Shown piece after piece: positions 37,084-45,853 of a stretch of DNA of 46,248 nt. The notes under the pieces are model-generated. The model ran no database searches and had not been told where the DNA came from. It saw nothing but the letters and a program-made list of their open reading frames with translations. Every line of letters starts with the position of its first letter. Position 1 is the first letter of the stretch. Source of the stretch: Pseudomonadota bacterium (lineage in GTDB: Bacteria > Bdellovibrionota_B > Oligoflexia > Oligoflexales > CAIYRB01); contig JANOTL010000032.1 of assembly GCA_031416315.1 (NCBI GenBank), positions 1 to 46,248 of the forward strand. The letters run 5' to 3'. The position numbers and the translations under genes were made by a program.

Positions 37084-37980
37084 TTGACCCCCGAGACGAC
37101 TGCGAAAATTCCCGCCTGGCACCTGCAGATGATCCGTGACTCCCATCGGAACGAGATCCTGCGGCGCGCGATCGTCGCCGCCGTCCGTCCTGGCGACCTG
37201 GTCATCGACCTCGGCGCCGGCTCGGGGCTCTTGGCCCTGATCGCGGCGCGCGCCGGCGCGGCCAAGGTCTACGCGGTGGAGTCACACCCGATCACGGCGG
37301 CCGCCTTGCGCAAGACGATCGCGACCAACGGCTTCTCCGAGCAGATCACGATCGTGGAGAAGAGCATCGGGGACCTCACGCTCGAGGACGTCGGCGGCGC
37401 TCGCGTCGACGTCGTGATTTCGGAGACCATCGGCGCCTACCTCTTCGACGAGGCCATCCTCGACCACGTGCACCACGCGAGCGCGCACCTGGCGAAGGCC
37501 GAGGCGCGCCTCCTTCCGTCCGCCGTGCGCATCAAGGCCGCCTTCGTCGACGCCGGCGCCCTCGGCCGCGGCGACATCTCGCACGAGCCGCGCACCTTGA
37601 TGGACTTCAACCTCGAGGCTTACTACGACGCGCTGCACCCGGGCATCCTCTTGCCCTTCTTCGAGCCCGATCCGTTGCGCTTGAGCGAGCGCGGGCTGCC
37701 GGTCTGCGAGCTGTCGTTGACGCAGCGCCCGCCCTTGGAGATCGAGGGCGTCTTCAAAGCGAAAGAAGCGATGACCATCGACGGCGCCATGATCTGGGGC
37801 GAATGGGTCTTCGGTGAAGGCGAGATCCTGACCGTCGGCCCCGGCGGCCTCTCCAACTCCTGGGCGCACTACTACATGCGCGGCGATGGCCGACGCCTGG
37901 AGGCGGGAGACGGCTTGCGCTTCCTCTTCCGGATGGTCGAGCCGACGACGTTCGACTTCTACTGGTGGCAAGAGCACTGA
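37084..37980 (+). CDS. PRMT-like class I SAM methyltransferase
   Basis: HLQMIRDSHRN, VIDLGAGSGLL, VYAVE, double-E loop ISETIGAYLFDE, LLPS, NSW at the THW-loop position. TTG start. Confidence 0.8.
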   Translation: MTPETTAKIPAWHLQMIRDSHRNEILRRAIVAAVRPGDLVIDLGAGSGLLALIAARAGAAKVYAVESHPITAAALRKTIATNGFSEQITIVEKSIGDLTLEDVGGARVDVVISETIGAYLFDEAILDHVHHASAHLAKAEARLLPSAVRIKAAFVDAGALGRGDISHEPRTLMDFNLEAYYDALHPGILLPFFEPDPLRLSERGLPVCELSLTQRPPLEIEGVFKAKEAMTIDGAMIWGEWVFGEGEILTVGPGGLSNSWAHYYMRGDGRRLEAGDGLRFLFRMVEPTTFDFYWWQEH

Positions 37981-37987
37981 GCTCCGT

Positions 37988-38689
37988 TCAAGGCGCCAGG
38001 AGCCAAGCCGCGCCCATCGCGGCGTGCAAAGCCGTCGTGTCGTAAAGCGGTACCCGCGATTCGGCGAGCTCCGCCGGCGGAAAAAGGAGCGCGATCTCCG
38101 TGCAGCCGAGGATCACGCCTTCGGCGCCGGCGTCCGCGAGCCTGGCGACGACCTTGCGGTAAAGAGCCTTCGCCTCCGGCGTGACCCGCGCGTGGATCAG
38201 CTCCTTGAAGATGACCTCGTTGACGCGCCGCGCGTCGTCCGGCTCGGGCGTCAAGACCGAGACGCCGCGCCGCTCGAGCTCCTCGCGGTAAAACGCGTGG
38301 CTCATCGTGTAGCGCGTCCCGAGGAGCCCGAGCTTCCGGTGGCCGGCGGCCAGCGCCGCGGAGGCCGTCGCGTCGAAGATGTCCAGCGCGGGAATCGAGA
38401 CGGTGGCGCGGACGGGCGCCAGAACGCGGTGCATGGTGTTGCTCGCGATCAGGAACGCTCCGGCCCCACCGCGCTCCAAACCGCGCGCCCACTTAGCCAA
38501 GATCGACGCGGCGCCGGCCCAGTCGTCGCGCGCCTGCGCATCCACGATTGGCTGGAAATCGGGGCTCGCGATCAGGAGGTCGGCCGAGTGCTGGCGCCCG
38601 CGCGCCGAATGAACGGCGGCATTGAGCGTCGCGTAGTAGCTTTGGGTCGAGACCCAGCTCATGCCGCCGAGGATGCCGAGGGTCTTCAT
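37988..38689 (-). CDS. aspartate/glutamate racemase family protein (YgeA/RacX-like)
   Basis: GILGGMSWVST, ASNTMH, GLLGTRYTM, ILGCTEI, DTTALHA. Confidence 0.93.
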   Translation of the reverse strand: MKTLGILGGMSWVSTQSYYATLNAAVHSARGRQHSADLLIASPDFQPIVDAQARDDWAGAASILAKWARGLERGGAGAFLIASNTMHRVLAPVRATVSIPALDIFDATASAALAAGHRKLGLLGTRYTMSHAFYREELERRGVSVLTPEPDDARRVNEVIFKELIHARVTPEAKALYRKVVARLADAGAEGVILGCTEIALLFPPAELAESRVPLYDTTALHAAMGAAWLLAP

Positions 38690-38798
38690 GCCGGGATCTC
38701 GCTCGCGTGCGAACCTGCGTTCCGCATCTTGCTGCAGTCTGCCGCGTCCAGTATATGATGGAGCTGATTTTGCCGCCGAAAACCGTCGAGGATGACTC

Positions 38799-40628
38799 TT
38801 GGGCCCTGCCGCCGCCATCATTCTCGCTGCCGCCGTTGCAGCGCCGATCAAATGGTCGGCCACGATCCTGGACCTGAATACGAACGCGAAGCGTGTCGTG
38901 CCGCTCACGGAAGCGGCGCAAAATCTCGAGGTGCCGGGGCACGACTGCGTCGCCGACGCGGTCACGGAAGGCGGAGCGCGCTATCTCTTCTGCGATCGCC
39001 GCAGCGATGGGCGCGGCAATTACACCTCGATCAGCTGCGGACTACGCGACGAGACGAGCCTCATGCTGGCTTCGCATCGGGTGAATCTGCGGTGCGAGAC
39101 GGTGCCGAAGCCGCCTGGCCCGGAAGCGCCGCTCGTCGACGTCCAATTTCGGGCGCGTGACGACGCCACGAAGACGATGAGCTTTCACACCTTTCACCTT
39201 CATCACCACGCCGGCCGCGAAGGGCAGCATTTCATCTTGGGCGGCGTCGGTCCGCAGGCCACCGGGGCGCTTTCGGTCACGCACGGCGGGAGCCCGCGCG
39301 ACCTCATTCTGAAGGATCAGGCGATTTACCCAAACGGACGCGAATGCGTACTCGACCTCCACATCTCGAAATGGGCCGGCGCCTCGGCAGCCGAACTCAA
39401 GATCGTCGCGCGAAAGGGCGTCTGCACCCACGTCGCCGAGCTCGACGACACATGGGTCGCCATGGGACAGCCGGTCGTGCCCAAGTGCGACGTACAACGT
39501 TTGCGAGCGGCATGCTCCGACCTTTCCCAGTGCCTCGCGACCTACGAGGCGCTCGCCGTCGCGAACACCGCGGAAGAGTGCCGCGTTCGTTTTTTCGACG
39601 TCACCTTTGCGCATTTGGTAAACGCGTTAGAGCCGGCGCTCTCCGCCGCGAAGGAAACCCACCACGCCGCGGCGTCCCGCGATGAGACCGCAGACCGGAT
39701 CGCGAAGGGACTAAACGAGCGCATCGGCTCCGTCGGCGTCCAGGCGGAGCGCACGTCGGATCGGGTCGTCCTACGCTGGAGTCCCCAAGCGCTATTGACG
39801 CGTTTCGCGAGGACCCTGCCGGAGGAGTGGAAGGCTCACTTGTTGCTCGCCAACAAAGAGGCGGACCCTGCGAAGCGCGAGGAGCTGTGGCAGAACTTTC
39901 TCTTCGCGTCTCGGCACCATTCCCAGCGCCAGGATCTCGCGCGGCTCGGCAATCCCTACAGATTCCCCGACCTCCTCCTCGCCGAGCTTCCCGACGGCCC
40001 GCCGAGCGGCAAGCCCTTCGCGCCGGTGCGCTGGTCTGACGGCATGTGCGAGTGCACGGGGAAGGTCGACACAGGCAAAGTTTCGCCGCTCGCGTTCGAG
40101 AGCTCGATGTCGCTCGGCGTCGGACGCGGGCCGGAGCTAGACTCGAAGTACACGACGTTCGGCTCCTATTGGTACGCCATGTCGCAGCGCCGGACTTTGC
40201 CGGAGGCGAAGGCGGCCTTCGCGTTCTACGAGAAGGAGGCGGCCGCGGTCGCGGCATACGTCGCGAAGGTGGAGCGCGCGCCGATGCTCGAAGGGAAGAT
40301 GTGGGCCGAGCTTCACGCCGCCGCCGTCCGTCGCGCGCGCTTCGAGGCGTGGCAGCGCCGAGTCGTGTTCGACTTCCTTTTGCGGCGGAAGACCGAGGGC
40401 TTGCGCGCCCCGTTCGAGGGGACGGCGATCCCGGCGCGATGCCTCGCGGAGGTCGAGGGTTTCGAGCAGAAAAAAGACCCATTGGCGCAGCTCGCGCAAT
40501 TGGATAAGTGGGAGCTCTGCGTCATCCTCGACGTGCGCGACGCCGAAAGGCGCGACTTCGAGCGCGACGCCTTCCGCGTAGGGCGGGCTTTGCTCGTCGA
40601 GGAAAAATGCGTGTGCGCCGATGACTAA
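38799..40628 (+). CDS. large Cys-rich hypothetical protein, probably exported
   Basis: 609-aa ORF with an Ala-rich hydrophobic N-terminus that fills the gap and overlaps the tag start by 8 nt. No family recognised. Confidence 0.65.
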   Translation: MGPAAAIILAAAVAAPIKWSATILDLNTNAKRVVPLTEAAQNLEVPGHDCVADAVTEGGARYLFCDRRSDGRGNYTSISCGLRDETSLMLASHRVNLRCETVPKPPGPEAPLVDVQFRARDDATKTMSFHTFHLHHHAGREGQHFILGGVGPQATGALSVTHGGSPRDLILKDQAIYPNGRECVLDLHISKWAGASAAELKIVARKGVCTHVAELDDTWVAMGQPVVPKCDVQRLRAACSDLSQCLATYEALAVANTAEECRVRFFDVTFAHLVNALEPALSAAKETHHAAASRDETADRIAKGLNERIGSVGVQAERTSDRVVLRWSPQALLTRFARTLPEEWKAHLLLANKEADPAKREELWQNFLFASRHHSQRQDLARLGNPYRFPDLLLAELPDGPPSGKPFAPVRWSDGMCECTGKVDTGKVSPLAFESSMSLGVGRGPELDSKYTTFGSYWYAMSQRRTLPEAKAAFAFYEKEAAAVAAYVAKVERAPMLEGKMWAELHAAAVRRARFEAWQRRVVFDFLLRRKTEGLRAPFEGTAIPARCLAEVEGFEQKKDPLAQLAQLDKWELCVILDVRDAERRDFERDAFRVGRALLVEEKCVCADD

Positions 40629-41295
40629 GACCAAAAAGCGCTGCAGCTGGGCCGAAGGCCACGAGCTTCACATCGCCTACCACGACGCTGAATGGGGCGA
40701 CCCCGTCCACGACGACCGCCTGCTCTTCGAGATGCTCAACCTGGAAGGCGCGCAAGCCGGGCTGAGCTGGATCACGATCCTGAAGAAGCGCGAAGGCTAC
40801 CGCAAGGCATTCGCCGGTTTCGACGCGAAGAAGGTCGCGAAGTTCGACGAGAAGAGGCGGGCGGCGCTGGCGCTCGACGCCGGCATCGTCCGCCACAAGG
40901 GCAAGATCGACGCCGTCGTCGAGAACGCAAAGGCCCTACTCGTGCTGCAAAAAGAGTTCGCAAGCTTTGACCGTTACGTCTGGAGTTTCGTTGGCGGCAA
41001 GACCATCGTCTGTGGCGGCAAGAACGTGCCGATCGACGAGGCCAAAGCCTTGAGCAAGGATCTGAAGAAGCGCGGTTTCAAATTCGTCGGACCGACGACG
41101 GTCTACGCCTTCATGCAGGCGGTCGGCATGGTCGACGATCACTCGCCGGACTGCTTCAAGGCGAGCGGCTGGTGCGCACGGCGAATAATTTCCTATACGA
41201 AGAAGGTACCTTGCGCCGGCTCCGCCGTCTCTTCGGAAGGCGCCTCGTCCGGGTCCGGCTCGGGCTGCGTTTCCCCCAGCGGTGAGTCCGCGTAG
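40621..41295 (+). CDS. tag: DNA-3-methyladenine glycosylase I
   Basis: RCSW, YHDAEWG, LFEMLNLEGAQAGLSW, GFKFVGPT, DDHSPDC, followed by an atypical tail of about 40 aa. Confidence 0.95.
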   Translation: MTKTKKRCSWAEGHELHIAYHDAEWGDPVHDDRLLFEMLNLEGAQAGLSWITILKKREGYRKAFAGFDAKKVAKFDEKRRAALALDAGIVRHKGKIDAVVENAKALLVLQKEFASFDRYVWSFVGGKTIVCGGKNVPIDEAKALSKDLKKRGFKFVGPTTVYAFMQAVGMVDDHSPDCFKASGWCARRIISYTKKVPCAGSAVSSEGASSGSGSGCVSPSGESA

Positions 41296-41348
41296 GCCGC
41301 TGCGGCTAGGCTCATAAAGAGGAAGAGAGCTCCGATGAGTCGGATCAT
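41193..41348 (-). CDS. small secreted acidic peptide (51 aa)
   Basis: GGAGG RBS, signal peptide MIRLIGALFLFMSLAAAAYA, acidic Pro-rich mature part ending GTFFV. Confidence 0.6.
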   Translation of the reverse strand: MIRLIGALFLFMSLAAAAYADSPLGETQPEPDPDEAPSEETAEPAQGTFFV

Positions 41349-41396
41349 GGCGCATCCTCCAAAACGATACCGGCACCAGCCGGTCGCGGGCCAGAA

Positions 41397-41413
41397 TGCA
41401 GGAAGAGTGCCTA
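41397..41413 (-). promoter_or_regulatory. sigma54-like -24/-12 promoter
   Basis: Minus strand TAGGCACTCTTCCTGCA gives GG-N10-GC with a GGCAC core, about 50 nt upstream of the ATG at 41348. Confidence 0.45.
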
Positions 41414-41469
41414 GGTTTCCATGAGGACCGTCCCCCTTGACAGCCCGCGAAGGGACCTCACATTCACTC

Positions 41470-41793
41470 ATGAACCGTGAGTCCGATGCGCAAGAAGACT
41501 ACCTGATCCGCCTGATTCGTCAGGTCATCCAAGCACTGGCCAACATTGCGCGGCTACGCTCCGAAGGCCGCCAGCAGGAAGCGCTCGTCGAGATTGAGGA
41601 AGCTTATCAGGAGCTCCTGGGACTCGAGGGCGCCATGCTGCGTTTGCTCGGCCCGGCCACCCTCGCCGCGATCGCGAAAGAGAAGGGCGTCGAAGAGCCG
41701 CTGGCGCGGCTGCAGGCGGCGGAGGCCGCGGTCCGACTCGAGATGGGGCTCAGCGCAGATCCGCCGGCGGCGCCCAACCCAAGGGACCGTTGA
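41470..41793 (+). CDS. small helical hypothetical protein (DUF6483-like)
   Basis: EDYLIRLIRQVIQALA N-terminal motif. Confidence 0.6.
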   Translation: MNRESDAQEDYLIRLIRQVIQALANIARLRSEGRQQEALVEIEEAYQELLGLEGAMLRLLGPATLAAIAKEKGVEEPLARLQAAEAAVRLEMGLSADPPAAPNPRDR

Positions 41794-43279
41794 TCGTGTA
41801 GCCGGCGGCGGCGCATTCGCCGCGATTCGTGGTCGCGAGGAACGCGGTGCTGCGGTTGCAACGGACGATTTCTCGCGCGCCGGGGGCCGCGCTCCAGAAC
41901 ACCCAGCCGATCGGCGCCTCGACGATCTGCCCCTCGCAGTCGCGTTGCGTCGAAAGGAAGTGCAAACCGTTGCCGCGCAGGCGACAGCGCATCAGCTCGA
42001 GCGAGTTGGAGAGCTGCTGCGAGCCCACGTGGAACGCGACGCCTTCGTAGCGCCAGCCGGTGCGGTCCCCTTCAGGCTTGTCGGTCGTGAAGAAGTGGTG
42101 CGAGCCGGAGAAGTAGCGGTGTACGGGCTTGGTGAGCCGCGGCGGCGGGGGCGGCGGCGGGGGAGGAGGCGGAGTGATGCCACCTCCCGAAACCTGCGCC
42201 AGCCCCATGTATTGATCCCAAAAGCCCCAGCCTCGCAACGGGCAATTCATGCACGCGTTGTCGTAATCGGAGCGCAGGTCGTTGGGCGACCCGAAGCCGA
42301 TGTAGAAGGGGCGCGCGCGATCGAGGTGACCGTACGGGCTCCCCGTGACGCCGACGTTATGCGACCAAGCTGGCGCGGTCCCGATTTGCGTCTGCGCCGT
42401 CCAGTTGATGCCGTCCTGCGACGTGCGCGTGTAGAGCGACGCGACCTGACCGTGTCCTGCGAGCTCGAACATGTAGTAGGCGCCGCTTGCCGCGTCGAGC
42501 TTCACGTCGACCGAGGCCGCGCCGCCGCCTTGCACGTTGGTCGCGACGGGAGGCGCGAAGCTAAGGCCGTCGGCGCTCGTCGTGTACCAGATCCCCATCG
42601 GGACGGCGGTGGTGTCGGTGTACCACATGTGAAAGCGGCCATCGCGATAGACGACCGTCGGTTGACCCGCGCCGTAGCAGGAGCTCGTGCCGCCGCCGCT
42701 GCCGCAGGGACGCTGCGGTCCGATGACGATGCGCGGCGCCGTCGTGATCTCGGCGCGCCAGCTGCTCGCGACGCGCGGGTCGCCGCCGACCCACTTCTTG
42801 AAGCCCGCCGGATTGTTCACGGGCGAGCGCGCGACGGCGATGAAGCCGCCGGAGGCGAGGGAGCCTCCGTAGTAAAGGTAATAGAACTGCTGCGTCTCTC
42901 CCGGAGGCGTGACGATCACGACCGCTGGATCGCAGGCGAAAGGCGAATAGGCGGGGTTCGCGACCCGCTCCTGAAAGACGACGCCGGGTGCGGACCAACT
43001 GATCTGGTCGTCGGAATACGTCAAGGCGACGGCGTCGCCTGCTCCGGTCGACGACGTCACGCAGGACCACGAAAGAAGGCGCCGGCCGGTCCAAATGTAG
43101 GTCGGCGCATACGAGTACGTCGCGCGGGTGAGCGCCTGCGCATCCAAAACTTTGCGCTCGGTACCCGATTCGTAGCTGAAGCTCAGGCCTTGTGCCCGCG
43201 CTGCGGCGGAGCCGCACGCCAGGGCCGTCGAAACGGCGAGGGTCCAACGGAGCACGGAACGGATCGTCGTACGGAGCAT
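41750..43279 (-). CDS. secreted five-bladed beta-propeller glycoside hydrolase-like protein with poly-Pro linker and DUF5648-like C-terminal domain
   Basis: Signal peptide, YAPT, CDPAVV, GQPTVV..FHMWY, Asp-box-like SADGLSF/SQDGINW, P10 linker, VHRYFSGSHHFFTT..GWRYEGVAF. Confidence 0.75.
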   Translation of the reverse strand: MLRTTIRSVLRWTLAVSTALACGSAAARAQGLSFSYESGTERKVLDAQALTRATYSYAPTYIWTGRRLLSWSCVTSSTGAGDAVALTYSDDQISWSAPGVVFQERVANPAYSPFACDPAVVIVTPPGETQQFYYLYYGGSLASGGFIAVARSPVNNPAGFKKWVGGDPRVASSWRAEITTAPRIVIGPQRPCGSGGGTSSCYGAGQPTVVYRDGRFHMWYTDTTAVPMGIWYTTSADGLSFAPPVATNVQGGGAASVDVKLDAASGAYYMFELAGHGQVASLYTRTSQDGINWTAQTQIGTAPAWSHNVGVTGSPYGHLDRARPFYIGFGSPNDLRSDYDNACMNCPLRGWGFWDQYMGLAQVSGGGITPPPPPPPPPPPRLTKPVHRYFSGSHHFFTTDKPEGDRTGWRYEGVAFHVGSQQLSNSLELMRCRLRGNGLHFLSTQRDCEGQIVEAPIGWVFWSAAPGAREIVRCNRSTAFLATTNRGECAAAGYTINGPLGWAPPADLR

Positions 43280-43362
43280 CACGGGAATCCTCGGTTGCAA
43301 TTGTGTACCGAATGCGGACGTGTTTGGCGTCGCGCGCGGCGCAATGCAAGGATCGGCCCGTA

Positions 43363-43995
43363 TCAGTCGATGCGGATGGCACGGACCGACACTCGAGCGA
43401 CGCCGCCGGTGTCGTTGGCATCGCTTTTAATCGCAAGGCCCTTGATCGGTGGCACCGTATCGGTCTTGAAAAGGCGCTTGTAGTCGTCCGCCACGCGTCG
43501 TGTGAACGTCAGCCAAGAGCCGACGGCTGGCTTCCCGGCGGCGAGGACTTGAAAGCGCACCGTGTCGAAGCGCTCCGACGTCACCACGTCGCCGGCGGCT
43601 CCGGAGGAAGCGATCGCGTAGCCAATCGTGCGCGGCGGCGTCGTGAGGCCGCCGCCTTCGTCAAAAACGACGAACAGGCGGAACGCCGCGTCCTCGGTCT
43701 TCGATCGGGAGAGATCACCCTTTAGCGGCATGGCATCGACCTTCAGCTCCAGCGTGAGCTTCGACTCGGCCGTAAGCTTGAGCGGCATGCCGCGTTCCGT
43801 CGCGATCGTGGTCGAGTCGCCGTCTTGCACCAGGACGAGCGCGGTCGCTTCGACTTCCCATTTTGCCGCGGAGCCTTTCTCTTCCTTGTAGCCGTGCGCG
43901 CTCATCCAGTCCTTCACGGGCTGGCGTTCCTTCGGGAGCTCGAGGGTCCAGCCGACGACGTAGAAGAGCGTGAAGAGCAGGAACGGGAGCTTCAT
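43363..43995 (-). CDS. DUF3047 domain protein
   Basis: EDAAFRLFVVF, WLTFTRRVADDYKRLF, GLAIKSDANDT. Confidence 0.75.
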   Translation of the reverse strand: MKLPFLLFTLFYVVGWTLELPKERQPVKDWMSAHGYKEEKGSAAKWEVEATALVLVQDGDSTTIATERGMPLKLTAESKLTLELKVDAMPLKGDLSRSKTEDAAFRLFVVFDEGGGLTTPPRTIGYAIASSGAAGDVVTSERFDTVRFQVLAAGKPAVGSWLTFTRRVADDYKRLFKTDTVPPIKGLAIKSDANDTGGVARVSVRAIRID

Positions 43996-44008
43996 CGGCA
44001 GCGGGCTC

Positions 44009-44728
44009 TCAAGCGCGGCGAGGTTGATAGGTCCGGCTCGGCGGCGCGATCATGGTGCCAGCGCCCATGAACGGTCGTCCGCCGCCTTGATGGCCGCGAC
44101 CACCGCCGCCGCCTCCGCCGCCCTCGCCGACGTAGCGCGCACTGCCGAAAGCGAGGATGGGCCAGCATAGCAGCGGCAGAAAGATCAGTCCCACGCGAAA
44201 GAGCGGGCCGCAGCCGAAGCGCTCGCCGATACGCCAGGTGATCCACATGCCGAAGACGAAGCCGATATACGGGATGAAGACCAAGAGCCCGATCAGCGAG
44301 CTGAGGCCGGCCATCTCGCCCAGGCACATCTGGCCGTAGATCGGCACCAGGGCGCCCCACCCGGGCTTACCGGCTTTCTTGAAGACGGCCCACATCGACG
44401 CGACCATGACGACGCAGAGGAGGACGATGATCCAGATGGCGCCGAAAGCGAACGCCATGACCGTCTCTAGGAAGGATCCGGTCGTCGTGCTGAACGCCTT
44501 GCCGGCCTTTGCCCCCTTCGCCGTTTTCGACGCCTTCACGTCGGACGACTTCGGCCCGGCTTTGGCCTTGGCGCTGGACTTGGCCTTGGCATCGGTCTTC
44601 TTCTTGACCTTGCGCCCCTTGGCTTCGCCCTCGGCCTTCGTCGCCGAGGGCGGCATCGGCTCGGCGACGGCGGGAGCGCCGAGGCCGAGAACGAGGCAGA
44701 AGACGAAGAGTCGGGCGAGGCTACGCAT
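44009..44728 (-). CDS. membrane protein with DUF5684-like domain and Lys/Ala-rich exported N-terminus
   Basis: Signal peptide, K/A-rich tract, WAVFKKAGKPGWGALVPIY, ILAFGSARY. Confidence 0.8.
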   Translation of the reverse strand: MRSLARLFVFCLVLGLGAPAVAEPMPPSATKAEGEAKGRKVKKKTDAKAKSSAKAKAGPKSSDVKASKTAKGAKAGKAFSTTTGSFLETVMAFAFGAIWIIVLLCVVMVASMWAVFKKAGKPGWGALVPIYGQMCLGEMAGLSSLIGLLVFIPYIGFVFGMWITWRIGERFGCGPLFRVGLIFLPLLCWPILAFGSARYVGEGGGGGGGGRGHQGGGRPFMGAGTMIAPPSRTYQPRRA

Positions 44729-44794
44729 CAGTCTGAAGCCGCGAGTGCTAGGGTTGAAAGACGCACGTTGCTCTCCTGAGCAGGGTCAGGATCA

Positions 44795-44820
44795 ATCGGC
44801 TTGGCGTTTCGTAAACTTGA
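44795..44820 (-). promoter_or_regulatory. sigma28-like promoter
   Basis: Minus strand TCAAGTTT-N12-GCCGAT (equivalent to TCAAG-N16-CCGAT) upstream of the 44728 gene. Confidence 0.65.
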
Positions 44821-44867
44821 GGGTTTTTCCCGAGGCCTGGGGGGCTATTGCCAAGGGCGTCGAGACC

Positions 44868-45695
44868 TTAGCGCTTGGCGACTTTGTGCGCCAAGAGCCC
44901 ATCGCCGACGATCTCGGCCTTGAACCCGGCTTTGACGAGGCGGCGCGAGACTTCTTTCGGGACGTTGCGCCCCTGCGACAGCATGTTGGGCGTGCCGGTG
45001 TAATGAAAGAGCACGCCGCCCGGCTTCAGGACGCGCGCGAGCTCGTCGTAGAAGATCTGCGAATAAAGGTCTCCCGCGATGCCGAAGCGCGGCGGATCAT
45101 GGAGGATCGCGTCGAAAGACGCGGAGGCGAGGGTGGACACCAGCTTCGCGATGTCGCCGAGCGTCAAGCTCAGCGCGCCGCCGACTTTCGGCGACCACGG
45201 GTTGATGCCGCGCAGCCAGACGACGTCGGGATTGATCTCGTAGGAGACGATCTTGCGAGCCTGTCCTTTCAGGCACCAGGAGGCGAAGTAGCCGAGTCCG
45301 CCGCAGGTATCGAGGATGACCTTGTCGCGCGGCTCGATGAGCTCGACCTTGCGCCGCGCGTCTTCGATGGGACTGAGGCGCGCGGTTACGAGCATCTTGA
45401 TGCCGTCAATGTGAAACGTCGGCGCGCCCCATTCGGTCGGCACGAGCTTGATCAGGTTCTTGGTGAAACGGGAGGCGAGCTCGAAGGCGCCGCCGTTCCA
45501 AAAGAACACGGCGTTTTCTTTGCACGCGTCGAGATACGGGTACTGTTGATCGCCGACGCTCCACGTGTCCTGGGCGACCCCGACCAAGGTCTTCGTCAGG
45601 TCGAGATCGAGCGAGACTTCGACCTGAGCCAGGCCGGCCTTGCGGGCGGCGGCCAGGGCCTCGTGGACTTTCAGGGTAAGGATGGGAGCGCTCAT
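44868..45695 (-). CDS. SAM-dependent methyltransferase, COG2521-like
   Basis: ILDTCGGLGYFA, EINPDV..NPWS, ILHDPPRF..AGDLYS, LFHYTG. ATG at 45695. Confidence 0.85.
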   Translation of the reverse strand: MSAPILTLKVHEALAAARKAGLAQVEVSLDLDLTKTLVGVAQDTWSVGDQQYPYLDACKENAVFFWNGGAFELASRFTKNLIKLVPTEWGAPTFHIDGIKMLVTARLSPIEDARRKVELIEPRDKVILDTCGGLGYFASWCLKGQARKIVSYEINPDVVWLRGINPWSPKVGGALSLTLGDIAKLVSTLASASFDAILHDPPRFGIAGDLYSQIFYDELARVLKPGGVLFHYTGTPNMLSQGRNVPKEVSRRLVKAGFKAEIVGDGLLAHKVAKR

Positions 45696-45799
45696 GGGCC
45701 GGCCCAGTAACATATTTTTTCGAAAGTTGCTTGCGACGCCCGAATAGGTATTTGTTCTTACTAGGGTTTTCGCCGCCGTAAATCGACTGGTAAAAAGCT

Positions 45800-45825
45800 T
45801 AAAGAACCGGTCACTGGTCCCCGAT
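45800..45825 (+). promoter_or_regulatory. sigma28-like promoter
   Basis: TAAAG-N16-CCGAT upstream of the ATG at 45854. Confidence 0.6.
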
Positions 45826-45853
45826 CTAGTAGTTACGGGGATTTGTGACAACC

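Noticed and set aside
42138..42190. G-rich run suggesting a G-quadruplex or repeat element
   Set aside because: Explained by the poly-proline linker codons on the minus strand.
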